This document shows positions 32,704-35,452 of a stretch of DNA of 35,452 nt, piece by piece. Numbering within the stretch: position 1 is the first letter of the stretch; the number at the start of each line of letters is the position of its first letter. Under the pieces are notes generated by a model. The model did no database searches. It was not told where the DNA came from and saw only the letters and a list, made by a program, of their open reading frames with translations. A program made the translations under genes and the position numbers. The stretch lies in the IMG/VR virus record IMGVR_UViG_3300016675_000057, positions 1 to 35,452 of that record. One strand, given 5' to 3'. Source of the stretch: a virus. Lineage: Duplodnaviria > Caudoviricetes.

Positions 32704-34130
32704 TGGCTGAAGAACTGGCACAAATCCCAAAACCAACGCTACCTGCTGGCGGTGGTCGTATTGGCTTCAAGGAAGCTATGGGTGTTCAAGAACCTTTCCT
32801 GAAAAGGAAGGCCGAGCTACAGCCACAAATTACCGCTGCTGAAGGCGATATTGCAAAAGCACAGCAAGCACAGCAGGAAGTCCTTTCCGCTGGCAAATTG
32901 GAAGCTCAACAGGCTTTTGGCGCTGCCGAACAAAAAGCCAAAGAAGAATTGCAAAGCAAGCTAGAGGCCGAGCCATTACCTGCCTTTGTCCCTACTAAAG
33001 ACACAGCGCAAGATATTGCTGGCTTGTTTGGTTTGATTGGCGTTATTGGCATGGTTGTCGGTAAGGGCAACGCTATGCAAGCTATGGGCGCTATGAACGG
33101 TATGCTGGAAGGCCACCGCAAAGGTCGTGCTGACTTGTATAAGCAACAGTTGGCTGAGTTCGACAAGAACTTTAAGTCCATGCTGCAAAAGCACAATGAG
33201 TTCCGCAAAGAGATGGAAGACGCTGTTAAGTTAGCTGCTACCAACAAAGAAGAAGGTATGCAGAAGGCTGAACTAGCGGCAACCAAAGCTGGCAGCGACA
33301 TTGTGAAGGCTCAGCTGCGTAAAGGTGACTTGCTCGGCGCTTACAAGTTAGTGGACGAATCTGCCAAAGGTGCTGAGAAGGCGCTTGAGTTGGAGAGCAA
33401 AGCCCGTGAAGCTGCATTGCGTGAAGCTGCTGCTGACCGTCGTGCCAAGATGCAGATTGATGCAAGGGAAAAAGCAGCCGGATTGAAGGCTTTGGGAGGC
33501 CCACGTTCTGCTATCAATGAGCGTTATGCCAACACCGTGTATCGTTCGGCTAACGAAGTCTTGCGTAGTCTTGAGCTTATTGAACAGATTGGCATTTCTA
33601 CTGGTGGTGGCGCACTTGGTGGCGTTGTTGGCAAGGGTTCTATACCTTCTGAGGTTCAGCGTTACATTGGTCAAGCCATGACTGAAGAGCAGCAGAAGAA
33701 CTACAACACAGCTATGTCTGGACTTGCCCTTGAGTTGGCTTACGTGCTTAACGGCGGTTACAAACCTGATGTGACAACAACCAACAAGATTGAAACTCTC
33801 TTGTCTGTTGGCCCGAACGATACTGCTGGAAACGCTGCTTACAAGTTTGCTGACGCTGCGGCTAAGTTGAAAGCTGCGATTGAGGTTTCTCCCGCTTACA
33901 CGGAAGACCAAAAGAAAACACGGGATATGCTGTTTAACAAGCTCGATAGATACGCTACTCCAGAAATTGTGTATGAACGTGCTTATGGTGTTCCAGAGCG
34001 TCGTGAACCTATGGTTCGTGCTGGTCAGTTCCCAACGCCACAAACTCAAGAAGAGTTTGATGCTTTGGCTCCGGGTGCTGAATACATCGACCCTGATGAT
34101 GGAAAAATATACAAAAAGAGGGCTAAGTAA
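32703..34130 (+). CDS. putative DNA-ejection protein with TM-like segment
   Basis: Coiled coil; IAGLFGLIGVIGMVVG; C-terminal EEFDALAPGAEYIDPDDG. Confidence 0.6.
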   Translation: MAEELAQIPKPTLPAGGGRIGFKEAMGVQEPFLKRKAELQPQITAAEGDIAKAQQAQQEVLSAGKLEAQQAFGAAEQKAKEELQSKLEAEPLPAFVPTKDTAQDIAGLFGLIGVIGMVVGKGNAMQAMGAMNGMLEGHRKGRADLYKQQLAEFDKNFKSMLQKHNEFRKEMEDAVKLAATNKEEGMQKAELAATKAGSDIVKAQLRKGDLLGAYKLVDESAKGAEKALELESKAREAALREAAADRRAKMQIDAREKAAGLKALGGPRSAINERYANTVYRSANEVLRSLELIEQIGISTGGGALGGVVGKGSIPSEVQRYIGQAMTEEQQKNYNTAMSGLALELAYVLNGGYKPDVTTTNKIETLLSVGPNDTAGNAAYKFADAAAKLKAAIEVSPAYTEDQKKTRDMLFNKLDRYATPEIVYERAYGVPERREPMVRAGQFPTPQTQEEFDALAPGAEYIDPDDGKIYKKRAK

Positions 34131-35452
34131 TGGCACGTTTTGAAGGCGAACCCGTAGAGCAAGAGAAGAAGCCTCGCTTTGGTGGTGAGCCTACTTCTGC
34201 CGCACCTGCAACTCCTGCTGCACCTAAACCAGAGCCTACTGAAAAACCTATGACCGCTATGGAGCGTATGGGTGAAGTAGCTAAGAGCGGTTTAGGTGGT
34301 TTGGCTATAGGTGCTGCTGTACCTGAACTTACAGAGTATGCTGGCAAAGGTATGCAGTTGTATGCACCTGCCCGTATTCCCGGCATGATGGTTGAGCAAG
34401 CTGGTCGTGCGATGAAGGCAACCCGTGGCACTCAAATGGGTGCTGGCGCTGTTGGTGGCATGACTAGCGAGATTGCTGGTCAACAAGCAAAAGTCCGTGG
34501 TGCTTCTCCCCCTGTTGTTTTTGCTGCCGAACTTGCTGGCGGTATGGTTGGCCCTGAGTTCATCAAAACCATTACAAACGCAGTCAAGTATGGCGCTCGT
34601 AAGTTGTTGGGAATTGAACCTGTCAGCGCAGTCAAGACCGTTGCAGATGACTTGGGATTGGATGTCAAAACCTTATCCCCAAGCCAAAAAGAGTTCATCA
34701 AGAAACAGATTGAAGCCTTGCGTGGCGCACCTCCCGGTGGCGAAGAGCAAAAAACAATTTACGATGTGTTGAGGGCTGGCTCTTTTGACATTACTCAAGA
34801 GGCCGAAAGAAAGGCTGCTGCCGCCCGTAAGGTTGGCGAAGAAGCCATGACCGAGGCCGAGCGTCGTGCTGAGAAGATGCGTCTGGCTGAAAAGAAAACC
34901 GCAGATATTGGCGCAGCGGCAACAGAAGAAGCCCGTGCAGCCCGTTCAAAGATTGGTCAAGAACGTGAAGCGTCTGACATTGGACGCAACTTGCGGGACA
35001 AAATCATGTCTGTGTTTGGCGCACAGACAGAGGCTCGTTCTGCTCAGTATCAGGCACAAAAGAAAATCCGTGATGACATCGTGAACCAGAAGGAAGCTGC
35101 TGGTCAGTTGGTCAAGGATTTGCCTGAATATCAACAGTTGATTGACAGCCTCAAAGGTAAGCTGCTGATTGGCGCTGAAGCTCAGAAGGCCAAGACTGCC
35201 CCTGTGACTGAAAAGGGTGTCTTGCAAGCCTACCAAAACATCTACGATGCGGTTAGCAATCGTCGTGTGCAGGTCGGTATTGACCAGTTTGGAAACCCCA
35301 ACTACAAGACTTTCCCAACGTCTTTTGAGGCTTTGGATGATGTGCGTCGTCGTTTGGGTGACGTTGCGTTTGGCAAAGAGGTGGAGGGCTACTCCGCTAT
35401 CGGTGCAGACATTGCCCGTAAATACTATGCCGACATCAGCAACATCCAGTCT
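34130..35452 (+). CDS. N-terminal part of the large ejection protein (open at the right edge; joins 1..1011)
   Basis: ATG at 34130 (TAATG overlap); 441 codons ending ...ADISNIQS exactly on a codon boundary; absent from the ORF track because no stop lies inside the window. Confidence 0.7.
   Translation, partial: MARFEGEPVEQEKKPRFGGEPTSAAPATPAAPKPEPTEKPMTAMERMGEVAKSGLGGLAIGAAVPELTEYAGKGMQLYAPARIPGMMVEQAGRAMKATRGTQMGAGAVGGMTSEIAGQQAKVRGASPPVVFAAELAGGMVGPEFIKTITNAVKYGARKLLGIEPVSAVKTVADDLGLDVKTLSPSQKEFIKKQIEALRGAPPGGEEQKTIYDVLRAGSFDITQEAERKAAAARKVGEEAMTEAERRAEKMRLAEKKTADIGAAATEEARAARSKIGQEREASDIGRNLRDKIMSVFGAQTEARSAQYQAQKKIRDDIVNQKEAAGQLVKDLPEYQQLIDSLKGKLLIGAEAQKAKTAPVTEKGVLQAYQNIYDAVSNRRVQVGIDQFGNPNYKTFPTSFEALDDVRRRLGDVAFGKEVEGYSAIGADIARKYYADISNIQS

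Overview
The window looks like a complete, circularly permuted ~35.5 kb podovirus-like tailed phage genome: the ORF opening at 34130 runs off the right end and continues in frame into positions 1-1011. There are two divergent arms around an AT-rich control region (~12440-12920). The leftward arm holds early/middle genes: ArdC antirestriction protein, many small proteins, YqaJ exonuclease, RecT-like annealase, SSB-like protein, two HNH-type nucleases, RusA, a glycosyltransferase and a SAM methyltransferase. The rightward arm holds an atypical tRNA-Met(CAT), two glycosyltransferases, terminase, portal, scaffold, capsid, adaptor/nozzle, fibres, ejection proteins and a holin plus M15 endolysin. 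I recognise no integrase, repressor, polymerase, helicase, primase or replication initiator. The most notable signals are not in the ORF track. (1) A winged-HTH domain with no start codon that is reachable from the RecT-like gene by a canonical -1 slippery site (C CCA AAA, with an internal SD 10 nt upstream). (2) A ~400-nt structured non-coding locus with a c4-like RNA, paired DnaA boxes and an AT-rich tract, which is a candidate host-dependent origin in a phage lacking a Rep gene. (3) Protamine-like 13-14 aa micro-ORFs in the head module, each followed by a GCAA-tetraloop hairpin. (4) A sigma54-like -24 box plus a perfect IHF site, with the -12 element displaced. All protein assignments come from motif recognition and gene order only; no searches were run.
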